Sequence record: SRR20825019_232
DNA length: 38,860 nucleotides
Strand: one strand, 5' to 3'
In this document: in pieces, positions 17,660 through 28,130 of the stretch
How the letters are laid out: each line of letters begins with the position of its first letter
Position numbering within the stretch: position 1 is the first letter of the stretch
The notes under the pieces: generated by a model
What the model saw: the letters and a program-made list of their open reading frames with translations, nothing else
Databases searched by the model: none
Told to the model about the DNA's origin: nothing
Translations under genes and position numbers: made by a program

Positions 17660-19354
17660 CTAGAACTGCAAGTAAACGAACGGCGGAGATTCCTTTGTGA
17701 TCGCTTGATAGGCTAAAATAATGATGACGGACACACACAGTGCTTGAACGGTCATCGGCATACGCTTAAAGATATTCTCGTACCAATCTTTAGTTTTATT
17801 AGGTAACCAATGAATAATGAAACCAGCGATCATAATCCAAAAAACGGCTTGATAGGTACTTAAAACAGTGACGAAGCGATCCCATGTAAAATTGAAATGA
17901 TTCCAAATTTGATCGAGCATGACCATCGGTTGACCATCGTCTTCAAGCTTAAACCAGATTCGAGTGAATGTGATAAAGTTGAATGTCAGGAATATTTTCC
18001 AAAAGTGAGTAATCCAAGTAGTGCTGTTCTCATAAAAGCTTATTTTCCTCCAGTATTTAAAGAAAACGAGTGCTGCGCCGTTCATAGCTCCCCAAATCAC
18101 GAAATTTTCACTTGGACCATGCCATAATCCTCCAACTACCATGGTAATAATGAGGTTTAGATCTCGGTGAACGTAACGTTTAAAGTCTTTAATGCTGAAT
18201 ACACCAATAACATAGATGATTGTTAATCCACCATAGACATAGAGCAGTTCATACCATTGAGTAATGAAGATGAGAAAGGTAAAAATAAACAGTATGGCGA
18301 TGTAAGAACCCAATCCACCGCCACGATTTCCGCCCAGAGGAATGTATAAATAGTCTTTCAGCCAAGATCCAAGGGAAATGTGCCATCTTCGCCAGAAATC
18401 GGCTACGTTAATTGCTTTGTAAGGGGAATTAAAGTTAGGTTTAAGCGAGAACCCCATGAGTCGGGAAAGCCCTATTGCAACGTCGGTATATCCTGAGAAA
18501 TCGGCGTAGATGTGCAAGGAATAAGCCCACATAGCGAGCACACTCACGAATCCTGGATAGGCTTCTGGAGCATCCGCAATTTTATCAATAAAGTGAACGA
18601 GCATGAAATCTGCGATCACAATTTTCTTCACTAATCCCTTCACAATCTGGATTACCGCCCAGCTAAAATCGTCTTTTGAAAGTTGAAAAGGTTGACTTAT
18701 TTGAGGAATGAAATCTCTCGCTCTAACGATTGGTCCCATCACCAATTGTGGGAAGAAAGTCACGAAAAATGAATAGTGAAAGAAGTTTTTTACAGGCTCA
18801 ATTTCCTTTCGGTAGATGTCAACAACGTAGCTGATATTCTGAAAGGTAAAAAAGGAAACTCCCACTGGAAGAAGGATTTTCTCCACAAAAGTCCCTTCAC
18901 CAAAGAAGCCATTTCCGAACTGAGCAAAGTGATTAACTAACTCAAATTGAGTGTTGAACATTTCGTTGAACGAGCCAGTAAAGAAGTATGCGTACTTGAA
19001 ATAGGCGAGAATGAGAATGTTAAAAATGGCAGAAAACGCAATTATCCACTTGCGCCTGAGATCTGTTTCGGCTTTGAATATTTTTCTTCCAAGGAAGTAA
19101 TTGACCGAGATGCTGAGTATGAGTAAAATCGCATACAGTCCAGAAGTCTTGTAAAAAAAGAAAATACTGATCGCCGTTAAGTAGATACTTCTGACTAATT
19201 TGTTCTTGTGCAAGAAGGAAAATACGACCATCGCAAGGAGGAAGAACATCCAAAAATCTAATTTGGTAAAAACCAATGTGCTTCCGTCACCTACTTCCCA
19301 GGAGAATGTCCGTAAGAATCGCTCAAGTGGGAATAAATTATTAATAACGTCCAT
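17660..19354 (-). CDS. MBOAT O-acyltransferase (AlgI/PatA-like)
   Basis: LPVGVSFFTFQ, FFPQLVMGPI, DFSGYTD, FWRRWHISL and GLWHG motifs. Confidence 0.95.
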   Translation of the reverse strand: MDVINNLFPLERFLRTFSWEVGDGSTLVFTKLDFWMFFLLAMVVFSFLHKNKLVRSIYLTAISIFFFYKTSGLYAILLILSISVNYFLGRKIFKAETDLRRKWIIAFSAIFNILILAYFKYAYFFTGSFNEMFNTQFELVNHFAQFGNGFFGEGTFVEKILLPVGVSFFTFQNISYVVDIYRKEIEPVKNFFHYSFFVTFFPQLVMGPIVRARDFIPQISQPFQLSKDDFSWAVIQIVKGLVKKIVIADFMLVHFIDKIADAPEAYPGFVSVLAMWAYSLHIYADFSGYTDVAIGLSRLMGFSLKPNFNSPYKAINVADFWRRWHISLGSWLKDYLYIPLGGNRGGGLGSYIAILFIFTFLIFITQWYELLYVYGGLTIIYVIGVFSIKDFKRYVHRDLNLIITMVVGGLWHGPSENFVIWGAMNGAALVFFKYWRKISFYENSTTWITHFWKIFLTFNFITFTRIWFKLEDDGQPMVMLDQIWNHFNFTWDRFVTVLSTYQAVFWIMIAGFIIHWLPNKTKDWYENIFKRMPMTVQALCVSVIIILAYQAITKESPPFVYLQF

Positions 19355-19358
19355 GCTA

Positions 19359-20660
19359 CTAGTGTGAGCGTTTATTAGCGTTAAATTGATCCATATATTT
19401 CAAATATGCGTCGATGTATAAATCTCCTTTAAAATGATATCCTTCGGAAGTGAAATGAACCAAATCACTTCGCATCAGTTTATTGTTTTTCCAAGTTCTG
19501 CTTGAACCAAGTCCACCCATGATGCCGTACATATCCCAAACGGCCACTTGATATTCTTGTGCGAGTTCAATAATCACCGTGCGCTCGCGTTCTATGTTTT
19601 TGTTGAGGTATTTTCTCTTGTAATATGAATCGTTCGGTACGGTTAGCAATATGGCACAATCTGGATTCGCTCTGAGAACCATTTGAACCATTCTCTCCAA
19701 GTTCGCTTTGTATTTTTCTGGGTTGAAATTAGCATAAGGAACATTTCCGTCATTCGTCCCTACTGAGAAGGCGAAGAAATCAGGTGGATATGCTTTCAAT
19801 TGTTCTTCGAAGCGAATGTTTGCCAAATACGTATATAATCCAGCGCCATTAATTCCAATGGATGTATAGGAAATCCCAGGATCGTCATTCATGAGGATGA
19901 AGCCATAAATTTCTAGTTCCGTCGCTTCTGGGTAATTTCGCTGAAACTGTAAGTTGAACGTGTCGATTGGATCTGTGAAATACACGTCTGTGTAACCAAC
20001 TTCTGGATTATGCTTGGATTCCACAACCAGAATTTCATCTTCTCCAAAATGCATCCAATAAGGAAATTCACCAATGTTATGAAAAACGCGCAAGTGGTTG
20101 AAAGGTGGCTTAACCTCACTTCTGTCGTGCTTGAATCGAATCGTAATCACCGAATCACCGCAGGTAACTGCTGCACCCATTAGTCCATAATCGAAATCAT
20201 ATTTACTTGGACTGTGATTTACGCTCCGGTATGCTTTCCAATTGTTTAATGACGAAAATTCATAATTCCATGGATTGTTCGTCTTAGCAAGATCGAAAGG
20301 AAAAACCCAACCGCGCTCTCCAGAAGCTCCTTTCCAATTGGTTTGTAAGTAAGTGCGAATATCGTGTGTGTAGATATCGGCTTGTAAGTGAGATCCACCG
20401 ATGTGGTACATGTTCAACTTGCCTTTTTTCGTCTCGGTAATCTGAGAGAATTTATCGTAAAAAAGTTGAAAATTTGGACTAGAGTCGGAGTAAAAAGTGT
20501 AGTTATTATATTCCCATTCAACAAACGGATAAACCGAGCGCAGGGAAGAATCTATGCGTTGAAAATCAGGAAAAGTGTAATTTTTTAAACCTGTGAGAGA
20601 ATCTTGTGCTGAACAAAATCCAACAGAGAATAAAAATAATATGATTGTACTAACTTTCAA
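19359..20660 (-). CDS. SGNH/GDSL-family O-acetyltransferase/esterase
   Basis: signal peptide; IGGSH, GINGA, GTND and DLVH blocks; operon with MBOAT. Confidence 0.85.
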   Translation of the reverse strand: MKVSTIILFLFSVGFCSAQDSLTGLKNYTFPDFQRIDSSLRSVYPFVEWEYNNYTFYSDSSPNFQLFYDKFSQITETKKGKLNMYHIGGSHLQADIYTHDIRTYLQTNWKGASGERGWVFPFDLAKTNNPWNYEFSSLNNWKAYRSVNHSPSKYDFDYGLMGAAVTCGDSVITIRFKHDRSEVKPPFNHLRVFHNIGEFPYWMHFGEDEILVVESKHNPEVGYTDVYFTDPIDTFNLQFQRNYPEATELEIYGFILMNDDPGISYTSIGINGAGLYTYLANIRFEEQLKAYPPDFFAFSVGTNDGNVPYANFNPEKYKANLERMVQMVLRANPDCAILLTVPNDSYYKRKYLNKNIERERTVIIELAQEYQVAVWDMYGIMGGLGSSRTWKNNKLMRSDLVHFTSEGYHFKGDLYIDAYLKYMDQFNANKRSH

Positions 20661-22142
20661 TTATAGGGAATTTCGATTGTTGTATGCCTCCATCAAGGCG
20701 TTGTAAAATAGTTGTGAGGCAATTTTCGTTCCTCCATTGGAAAAGTGGATGTAATCTTTTCCTGCGAGACCTTTCTCGACCCATGATGGCATAGAGTTGT
20801 TCCCGCCCATCGCTGCATAAAGATTCCAATAAGCTCCGCCAGAAGATTTCGTAACAGCGATCATTTGTTCTACGCAATACGAGAGATATTTGTAGCTTTC
20901 ATACTGACCATCTTTGAAAACGCTCATGTCACTTGGTCCTATCACGATTACCATGGCGTTTGGATTCAAGCGCTGAACAGTGTTAATTTGACTTTTGAAG
21001 AAGCTAGCGAAATTCCGAACCGAAGTACTGTCCTTAAAGAATGGAACTGAGTTTCCTCCAAATTGCATAATCACCAACTTTGTATTTAATTCCTGATACA
21101 TGGTTGATGCCACGGTTTGATTCATCGCTGTAAAAACAGTTCCGCTCGAACCTCTCATTCCAATGTTTGAAACCTGAACGCCGTAATCTCCTTCCAACGA
21201 AAAAGCACAAATGTTCGGACTGACTTTACCAGAAAATTCATAACGTAACTTGCCAGGAGTAGAAGGGAAGCTCAACGAAACGGTATGCTGTTTTCCATCT
21301 TTTATTAGGCTGTCTTCATGAATTACCTTTCCATTTTCAAGGACACGGAGCAATGTTGGAGCAACGCAACCGTTGTAATGCATTTTAACATTATTGAAAG
21401 AACGGGCACGCGAGTACGCTCGTCCTGAAGCAGAAATTTCAATCCATCCTTTCGACTCGTCAAGTTTCTCCAAGTTGAATGTGCTATCGATTGTGTATTC
21501 AGGAGTGAAACGCGCCGAAGAAGCCATCGCACCGTATTTTCTTGATTTAAGGCTCTCGCCTCCAAAAGCAGTATATCGTTTGAAATTTTCAGAAGTTGTT
21601 TGATTAAATGCGTAGGTATCGTAGACATTTTTCGCTGGAACTAACCCAGGGCCGTTCCCTCCAAATTGTGTTTGAATACGCTCACGGATAAAATTGGTCA
21701 TTCGATCTCCTTCGATTTGAGAATCTCCATAATGAAGAATGGAAATTTTCTTACGATCCGCTGCAGCGGTTTCTAGCGCGTTGAAAAATTTCAAAAGATT
21801 CGCTTTTCCTGCATCGTTCATTAAAAGATCGGTCGCGCTCTCTACCATTTCTGTGCCTCCACTTGGTGCTCCCATGTTACCTTTAGAACCATTCGAATGC
21901 TTCACTAAATTCGGAGTTACATCCGAATCACCGTTCATGGTAGTGTCGATATTTGCTATCAAATCCGTGATGTCGGCTTTTTTCTGTTCGACAGGATGAA
22001 GCATTTTTTCTTGCGTGAGAAATTTAACTGGGAAGTTCCCAATTTTCCAGCCGTCCGCAGGAACAAAGTATACTATTGGCATGAGCACCAAGAAGATGCC
22101 AATAACAAATAGAGCGACTTTATAAGGTTTAATTTCTTTCAC
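20661..22142 (-). CDS. membrane-anchored SGNH-family protein (PatB-like)
   Basis: N-terminal TM; YGDSQ, GMRGS, FGGN and DYIH blocks; GTG start; -7 TACTTTTG at 22163..22170. Confidence 0.85.
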   Translation of the reverse strand: MKEIKPYKVALFVIGIFLVLMPIVYFVPADGWKIGNFPVKFLTQEKMLHPVEQKKADITDLIANIDTTMNGDSDVTPNLVKHSNGSKGNMGAPSGGTEMVESATDLLMNDAGKANLLKFFNALETAAADRKKISILHYGDSQIEGDRMTNFIRERIQTQFGGNGPGLVPAKNVYDTYAFNQTTSENFKRYTAFGGESLKSRKYGAMASSARFTPEYTIDSTFNLEKLDESKGWIEISASGRAYSRARSFNNVKMHYNGCVAPTLLRVLENGKVIHEDSLIKDGKQHTVSLSFPSTPGKLRYEFSGKVSPNICAFSLEGDYGVQVSNIGMRGSSGTVFTAMNQTVASTMYQELNTKLVIMQFGGNSVPFFKDSTSVRNFASFFKSQINTVQRLNPNAMVIVIGPSDMSVFKDGQYESYKYLSYCVEQMIAVTKSSGGAYWNLYAAMGGNNSMPSWVEKGLAGKDYIHFSNGGTKIASQLFYNALMEAYNNRNSL

Positions 22143-22385
22143 TTGAGTCCATTTCGATCACGCAAAAGTAAGCAGAGTATGTTTATGCAAACGCTATCTG
22201 CAAGATATTTATCAAGAAAAATCACATGAAAACTGCAAGTTTTGACGCTTTAGAACATTGATTCACTAAAAAAGCCTTCAATTATTGATATTATTTGAAC
22301 GCAATCGTCAGATTTTTAGAGGGTTCTTTTCATAGTTCCAGTGCGCTCTTCGTTGTCTGGATAAAGATTATATACCTTTGTAACT

Positions 22386-24413
22386 ATGGAAAAATACACC
22401 AATGATTTAATTAACGAAAGTTCACCTTATTTACTTCAACATGCGCATAATCCAGTGAATTGGGTAGCGTGGTCGCCTGAAGTGTTTGAACGTGCTGAAC
22501 GAGAGGACAAATTGGTGTTAATCAGTGTGGGTTATTCCGCTTGTCATTGGTGTCACGTAATGGAACATGAGAGTTTTGAAGACGAGGAAGTGGCAGCGTT
22601 AATGAATAAGCACTTTATCAACGTAAAAGTAGATAGAGAAGAACGACCAGATGTGGATCAGGTGTACATGACCGCAGTGCAATTAATGACTCAGCAAGGT
22701 GGTTGGCCGCTTAATTGTTTTACAACTCCGGATGGAAGACCTGTTCACGGTGGAACCTATTTCCCAAAGGAACAATGGATGCACATTTTACGTTCGTTGG
22801 AGCACATGTACTCAACGGATAAAGCGAAAGTGCTCGAGTTTGCTCAGAACGTATATGAAGGAGTTCAAGCAAGTGAGTTGATAGAAAAACCCGCTGAATA
22901 CAATGAGTTTTCTGCGACAAAGTTGACAGAGTTGATCCAGCGTTGGTCAAAGAACTTCGATCAGAATGACGGAGGGAATAGTCGAGCGCCGAAGTTTCCT
23001 TTGCCAAGCAACATAGATTTTTTATTGGATTACGGAATCAGATCCAAGAACAAATTGGCGTCAGATCATGCGTTGCTCACATTGGATAAAATGGGATTGG
23101 GTGGAATCTACGATCAAATTGGTGGTGGCTTTGCGCGCTACTCGGTGGATATGCTTTGGAAAGTTCCACATTTCGAGAAAATGCTTTACGATAACGGTCA
23201 ATTATTGAGCAGTTATGCCAAAGGATTTCGAATCAATCAGAAGCCGATGTACAAGAGAATTGTTCAAGACACGGTGAACTGGCTTGAACGTGAAATGCTT
23301 GATGAATCGGGGGCGTTTTATTGTGCGCTTGATGCTGACAGTGAAGGTGTAGAAGGAAAGTTTTATGTTTGGACGGAAGCTGAGCTAAAGACATTACTTG
23401 AAGATGATTTCTCGTGGGTAAAGGAATTATATCAAGTCAATCAACGTGGTTATTGGGAAGTGGGGAATTACATTTTGCTTCGCGCTCAAGGTGATGAACA
23501 GTTTGCGAAGAAAAATGGATGGGAAATGACCGAGTTCGAATCCCAGTTGAATCGAGTGAACCATCTTCTTTTATCTGAACGAAAAAGACGAATCCGTCCT
23601 GGTTTAGATGATAAATGCTTGACTTCTTGGAACGCGATAACAATCAAAGGTCTGTGCGATGCTTATTCGACTTTTGGAGAAGATCAATACCTTTTCTTGG
23701 CACTCAAGAATGCTCGCTGGATCAAGAATACTCAATGGAAAGAAGATGGAAGTCTCTGGCGAAATTTCAAAAAGGGAAAATCTTCAGTCACTGGTTTTCT
23801 AGAAGATTATTCACATGTGATCTCGGCGTTTTTAGCACTTTACAAAATTACATTCGATGAAGAATGGCTTCTCGATGCAAAGCGTCTAATGCAATATACG
23901 TTGGATCATTTTCATGATGAGAATTCACAAATGTTCTTTTTTACAGATGAATCTACAGAGTTGATTGCACGCAAAATGGAACTGAATGACAACGTGATTC
24001 CCGCAAGTAATTCTGTAATGGCGCTTAATTTATATGAACTGGGACATTATTTCCGCAAAGATGCGTGGCTAGAAATTTCACGTCAAATGTTGGCAAATGT
24101 CTACGATGGAATGGAAATGTATGGATCTGGTTACTCAAATTGGGGAATGTTATTGAATCGCGAAGCACTTGATTTCCATGAAGTGATTGTAATTGGTGAC
24201 AATGCAAAAGAGTTAGTTCGACAATTGAGGAAAGAAGCAATTCCGGAGGTGCTTTTCGCGGCTTCCAAATCTCAATCTGAATTACCCATATTTGAAGGTA
24301 AGATTGCACAACAAGAAACGATAATCTACGTTTGTAAACAAGGCGTGTGTCAACTTCCAACTGCGGATGTAAAAGAAGCGATCGGGCAGTTATCCAATTT
24401 GAACTATGGATAA
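22386..24413 (+). CDS. thioredoxin-domain YyaL/SSP411-family protein
   Basis: [35 protein letters not shown] and [10 protein letters not shown]; promoter TACCTTTG at 22373..22380. Confidence 0.95.
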   Translation: MEKYTNDLINESSPYLLQHAHNPVNWVAWSPEVFERAEREDKLVLISVGYSACHWCHVMEHESFEDEEVAALMNKHFINVKVDREERPDVDQVYMTAVQLMTQQGGWPLNCFTTPDGRPVHGGTYFPKEQWMHILRSLEHMYSTDKAKVLEFAQNVYEGVQASELIEKPAEYNEFSATKLTELIQRWSKNFDQNDGGNSRAPKFPLPSNIDFLLDYGIRSKNKLASDHALLTLDKMGLGGIYDQIGGGFARYSVDMLWKVPHFEKMLYDNGQLLSSYAKGFRINQKPMYKRIVQDTVNWLEREMLDESGAFYCALDADSEGVEGKFYVWTEAELKTLLEDDFSWVKELYQVNQRGYWEVGNYILLRAQGDEQFAKKNGWEMTEFESQLNRVNHLLLSERKRRIRPGLDDKCLTSWNAITIKGLCDAYSTFGEDQYLFLALKNARWIKNTQWKEDGSLWRNFKKGKSSVTGFLEDYSHVISAFLALYKITFDEEWLLDAKRLMQYTLDHFHDENSQMFFFTDESTELIARKMELNDNVIPASNSVMALNLYELGHYFRKDAWLEISRQMLANVYDGMEMYGSGYSNWGMLLNREALDFHEVIVIGDNAKELVRQLRKEAIPEVLFAASKSQSELPIFEGKIAQQETIIYVCKQGVCQLPTADVKEAIGQLSNLNYG

Positions 24414-24463
24414 GATTTTTAAGTCGAATTATTAAACGGAATCATTTTTGTTTCTTTTGCATT

Positions 24464-25348
24464 GTGAAATTATTGACACTTATTATTGTTGGATTATTTT
24501 CGAGCATGTCTTACGGACAAGTGCTGGATAATAGAAATGGAGAAGCCTTTACGGATGTCCCATTCTTTAACTCAGATTTTATTAAAACGAATAGAATAAA
24601 ACGTTTCAACGCGTATTACGTTTACAAGAAGAAAGGCGACGTAATGCGTGATACGGAGTACAAGAATGTATACGAGTTTGACGAGCAAGGAAATCTGAAA
24701 TCAAGCTTCGAAACACGACAAGACGATGGAACGAAAGATACTATTTGGAACTTATACAGTTACGATCGACAGGGAAATCTTGCGAGACATAGAAAAACAG
24801 ACCTCGATGGTTACACGACGGTTGAGTATGTGTACGATTCTCTCGGAAGAGTGATTAAAGAACGTTTTCTGAGAGAAATTGATTCAGTGAATAATGAAAT
24901 TGTTCGGTCTTTGTTGTTTAATGAAGAACGAATCGAATATGCGCAGTACGACCGACAGTTAAAACGAACGCGATACAATAATTACAATCTTCCTTACCTC
25001 GATGAATTCTATAATTACAACGAATTGGGTTACATGGTTGAGCGAGAGGAGCGGATTAAAATGACTTCTACTGTTTATTCTTACGCTTATGAGTACAATG
25101 AGACTGGAAGGTTGGCGGCAATTCGTAAAACGAGTAACCGAAGCGAAGGCGTATTGGAAGAAATGAAATTCAAATACGACGATCTCGGGAACTTAATTGA
25201 AAAACACATTTACCGTGATGGAGAATTTACAACTGATGTACAAATTGTCTATAATAGTCAAACAAAATTGCTGTCGTCCGTAATTACACGACAAGTGAGT
25301 ACAGGCTTTCTAATCGTTCTTCGCTTTAGTGAATGCGATTTCTTTTGA
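24464..25348 (+). CDS. secreted YD-repeat-like protein
   Basis: likely GTG start giving a signal peptide; repeats YEFDEQGNL, YSYDRQGNL, YVYDSLGRV, YEYNETGRL, FKYDDLGNL. Confidence 0.75.
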   Translation: MKLLTLIIVGLFSSMSYGQVLDNRNGEAFTDVPFFNSDFIKTNRIKRFNAYYVYKKKGDVMRDTEYKNVYEFDEQGNLKSSFETRQDDGTKDTIWNLYSYDRQGNLARHRKTDLDGYTTVEYVYDSLGRVIKERFLREIDSVNNEIVRSLLFNEERIEYAQYDRQLKRTRYNNYNLPYLDEFYNYNELGYMVEREERIKMTSTVYSYAYEYNETGRLAAIRKTSNRSEGVLEEMKFKYDDLGNLIEKHIYRDGEFTTDVQIVYNSQTKLLSSVITRQVSTGFLIVLRFSECDFF

Positions 25349-25349
25349 T

Positions 25350-26351
25350 TTAATTCAGCTTGTTTTTAACAGAAAAATCAATCGTTTCCTCAAGAGTATG
25401 AAAGGAAAAATTGAGAGCTGACTGAACCTTTTCGCTGCTATACGAGCGATGCGAATAAAGAGCTTCGACTGTTTCTTTGGTAATAGCTGGTTTTTTTCTA
25501 CTGAACATGGAGAGGAATCTCATGAGCATCCGCACAGTTTCAACGAGCCATCTTGGCGCTGCATATTTGGGCGGTTTCTTCCCTAATTTAAGCGCAATTG
25601 TAGTGATGAGTTCTTTGAACGATTGATTGTTTCCTATGCAAAGAAAACGTTCACCAGAAATGTCACTGTTCATTAAACGCATCATTACCTCGGAGACATC
25701 GCGTGCGTCTACAATGGCATTTGAGCCAGGAGGATAAAAAGAGGTTCCATTATTCACCGTTTTGAAAACAGTTAACGAGCTTTCAGTCCATCTTCCCGCG
25801 CCGAGAACAACGCATGGATTAACCATTACGGCATTTAATCCTTCCTCAATTCCTCGCCAAACTTCTTTCTCAGCAGAATACTTCGAAATTGAATACCCCG
25901 TAGTTGTTGGTGTTGTTTTCCACGGTGTTTTTTCTGTTATGATTTTATCTGAATCGCTTCCAATCGCAGCCGTGGAGCTGATATAGCAAAGTTTCTTCAC
26001 ACCTAAATCCAAGCAAAGATTTACAATGTTTGCAGTTCCCTCCCGATTTATCTTGAGCATATCTTTAAAATCACTCGACTGAAAAGATACAAGCGCTGCA
26101 CAGTGATAAACACGATCGCATCCAGTCATGTGTTTCTCAAGAGAGGTGACGTCTAAAATATCACCTTTTACCCATTCGATTTGAGAGAAAAGAGATTCGA
26201 ATTTCAGAGGATGAAAATGCTTAAAAAATGCTTTCAATTGGTCGATTCGATCCTTCGAGCGATAGAGAACGCGTACTTTTTCGTTCGCTAGTGTTAAGTC
26301 CATCAGTAATTGAGAGCCAACAATTCCCGTTCCACCAGTTAAAAATATCAT
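25350..26351 (-). CDS. NAD-dependent epimerase/dehydratase (extended SDR)
   Basis: TGGTGIVG, HCAALVS and YSISK catalytic YxxxK. Confidence 0.92.
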   Translation of the reverse strand: MIFLTGGTGIVGSQLLMDLTLANEKVRVLYRSKDRIDQLKAFFKHFHPLKFESLFSQIEWVKGDILDVTSLEKHMTGCDRVYHCAALVSFQSSDFKDMLKINREGTANIVNLCLDLGVKKLCYISSTAAIGSDSDKIITEKTPWKTTPTTTGYSISKYSAEKEVWRGIEEGLNAVMVNPCVVLGAGRWTESSLTVFKTVNNGTSFYPPGSNAIVDARDVSEVMMRLMNSDISGERFLCIGNNQSFKELITTIALKLGKKPPKYAAPRWLVETVRMLMRFLSMFSRKKPAITKETVEALYSHRSYSSEKVQSALNFSFHTLEETIDFSVKNKLN

Positions 26352-26497
26352 ACTACGAAGTTACAATCTTTATGAAAAGACTAAACCTTTCCTCAAAATT
26401 TGTTCGATTGTGTAATTTGAGTGACTGAATGATAATTTTGTCTGAACTAGTTACCATTTTTTTTGTTTTGAAGCGGAAGTGTTCGTTACTTTGTAAT

Positions 26498-26746
26498 ATG
26501 AAATCATCCCTAGTTTCACTGCTGCTTTTGGCACTGCTTTTTTGTGCGTGCGAGTCTGAATACCAAGAAAGGTTAGATCAGGCAAAAGAATTAAAAGAAA
26601 AGATGTCTCTCGTGCAGGCGAGCAACGACATCATCCCTCGAAAACAACTTATTTATCAGATCAACAGCATTAACGAAGAAATTCGATTTTTGGCGAAAAT
26701 TTCTGGAAATGAAGAATTGTTTTTGAAAGAAGTATTTGAGGACTAG
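26498..26746 (+). CDS. small helical lipoprotein
   Basis: likely start MKSSLVSLLLLALLFCAC (lipobox). Confidence 0.6.
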   Translation: MKSSLVSLLLLALLFCACESEYQERLDQAKELKEKMSLVQASNDIIPRKQLIYQINSINEEIRFLAKISGNEELFLKEVFED

Positions 26747-26762
26747 TAAGATCATTACTACC

Positions 26763-27107
26763 TTAAATTTTTAGTTCTAATGAAGGATCCCAGAAATGCT
26801 GGGAGAAATCTTGTATTTGATCATCTTTGATAACAAGACCTTCCTCTTCTAACAATGTCTGCATTTTTGATGGTGGGTCGAAATGTGCTTTCCCAGTCAA
26901 TAATCCAATTCTGTTAACCACACGATGGGCAGGAATCTCTTTATCTTTTGCAGCAGCATTCATCGCCCATCCAACCATTCTACTTGATCTGGCAGAACCC
27001 AAGTATTTTGCAATAGAACCATAATTGGTGACCCGACCCGCAGGTATTAATCGAACTACGTCGTGAACATTCACGAAAAAATCTTTGTTCTTTTCACTCA
27101 ATTTCAT
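26763..27107 (-). CDS. MGMT-family alkyltransferase-like (ATL) protein
   Basis: IPAGRVTNYG, RMVGWAM and PAHRV (no active-site Cys); likely ATG at 27107. Confidence 0.88.
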   Translation of the reverse strand: MKLSEKNKDFFVNVHDVVRLIPAGRVTNYGSIAKYLGSARSSRMVGWAMNAAAKDKEIPAHRVVNRIGLLTGKAHFDPPSKMQTLLEEEGLVIKDDQIQDFSQHFWDPSLELKI

Positions 27108-27156
27108 AGCGAAAATTAGGATTTTTTGTCGGGAAATCAATTATGTTTTCTTGGAT

Positions 27157-28005
27157 CTATTCGCGAATTAATCGAAAGAGAGCTTTAATCCGCTTACGTT
27201 GCCAAAATCCAACTGCAGCTAGAAGAACAAGCAAAGGCCAAATTGTAATCAACGCAAGAAAGAAGTTTTGAATAAAGCTCCAGCCTGATGAAAATGAGTC
27301 TGATACTTCTTCGTAGAATGGTTTGTCGTAAATGGTTGGCTGTTCTACATAATCGACTTTTTGATAAAGGTCAAGTGTAATCGTGCTCAACGAAACTTGA
27401 TCTTGAAGATAGCGAAGTCTTCCTTCCTTTGCTTCAATTTCTTCGGTGATCACTCGAATGGCTTCTTCTGCTTCCAAGATGTCTTTTACGCTGCCCGTTT
27501 TTGTGTTCAGAATTTCAATATAACGATCGCGGACTTCTCGCTTAGTTTTAAGTCGACTTTCAATGTCAATGTATTCTTCTGTTACATCATTTGAATTCAC
27601 AGAAACTGCATCGAGGAAGATGGACTGTCCTTTTACCGATTCTAGTAATTGGTTGAATTGTTTGTTTGGAACGCGAATCGTAAGTGTATTACTGATCCGA
27701 TAGTTGTTAGATGTCATCTGCATGTCAGCAATAAATGCGTCGTGCTTATCACATAGCAAACGGATTGCCGAAGAAGATTTTTGGACGTCCTTCACTTGAA
27801 AGTTTAGGTTCGCAGTCCAAATCAGTTTCCGTGACTCAACTTGTGGAATGCCTTGCTGAGTGCTGTAAGCTTTAAGTTTGCTCAATTCCTCAGTGTGCGA
27901 ATCGTTCATAGATTCTTTACTCATAGGAGATTCACTATCTGCATTATACTGACAGCTGCCAAAAGTAAAGAGTGCACAGGCAAGAATGAATGGTGATGTT
28001 TTCAT
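27157..28005 (-). CDS. DUF4349 lipoprotein
   Basis: lipobox FGSC; RKLIWTA, TIRVP, DVTEEYIDIESRL; C-terminal TM with IWP. Confidence 0.9.
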   Translation of the reverse strand: MKTSPFILACALFTFGSCQYNADSESPMSKESMNDSHTEELSKLKAYSTQQGIPQVESRKLIWTANLNFQVKDVQKSSSAIRLLCDKHDAFIADMQMTSNNYRISNTLTIRVPNKQFNQLLESVKGQSIFLDAVSVNSNDVTEEYIDIESRLKTKREVRDRYIEILNTKTGSVKDILEAEEAIRVITEEIEAKEGRLRYLQDQVSLSTITLDLYQKVDYVEQPTIYDKPFYEEVSDSFSSGWSFIQNFFLALITIWPLLVLLAAVGFWQRKRIKALFRLIRE

Positions 28006-28130
28006 AATGATGGGTTTGTAGTTTTAGGTACAACCCAATACATCATACGTTCATACACCTTTGCAAAAGTGTTTAGAAGAATATTAACAATTCTTAAGAC
28101 AAAAGCACTGATAAAGAGCGCTTCAGTGGA

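Noticed and set aside
24347-24463. N-terminal extension of the YD-like ORF
   Set aside because: Overlaps yyaL-like gene; GTG at 24464 gives a signal peptide
28008-28046. Imperfect hairpin upstream of the DUF4349 gene
   Set aside because: Bulged, short and matching no riboswitch I recognise
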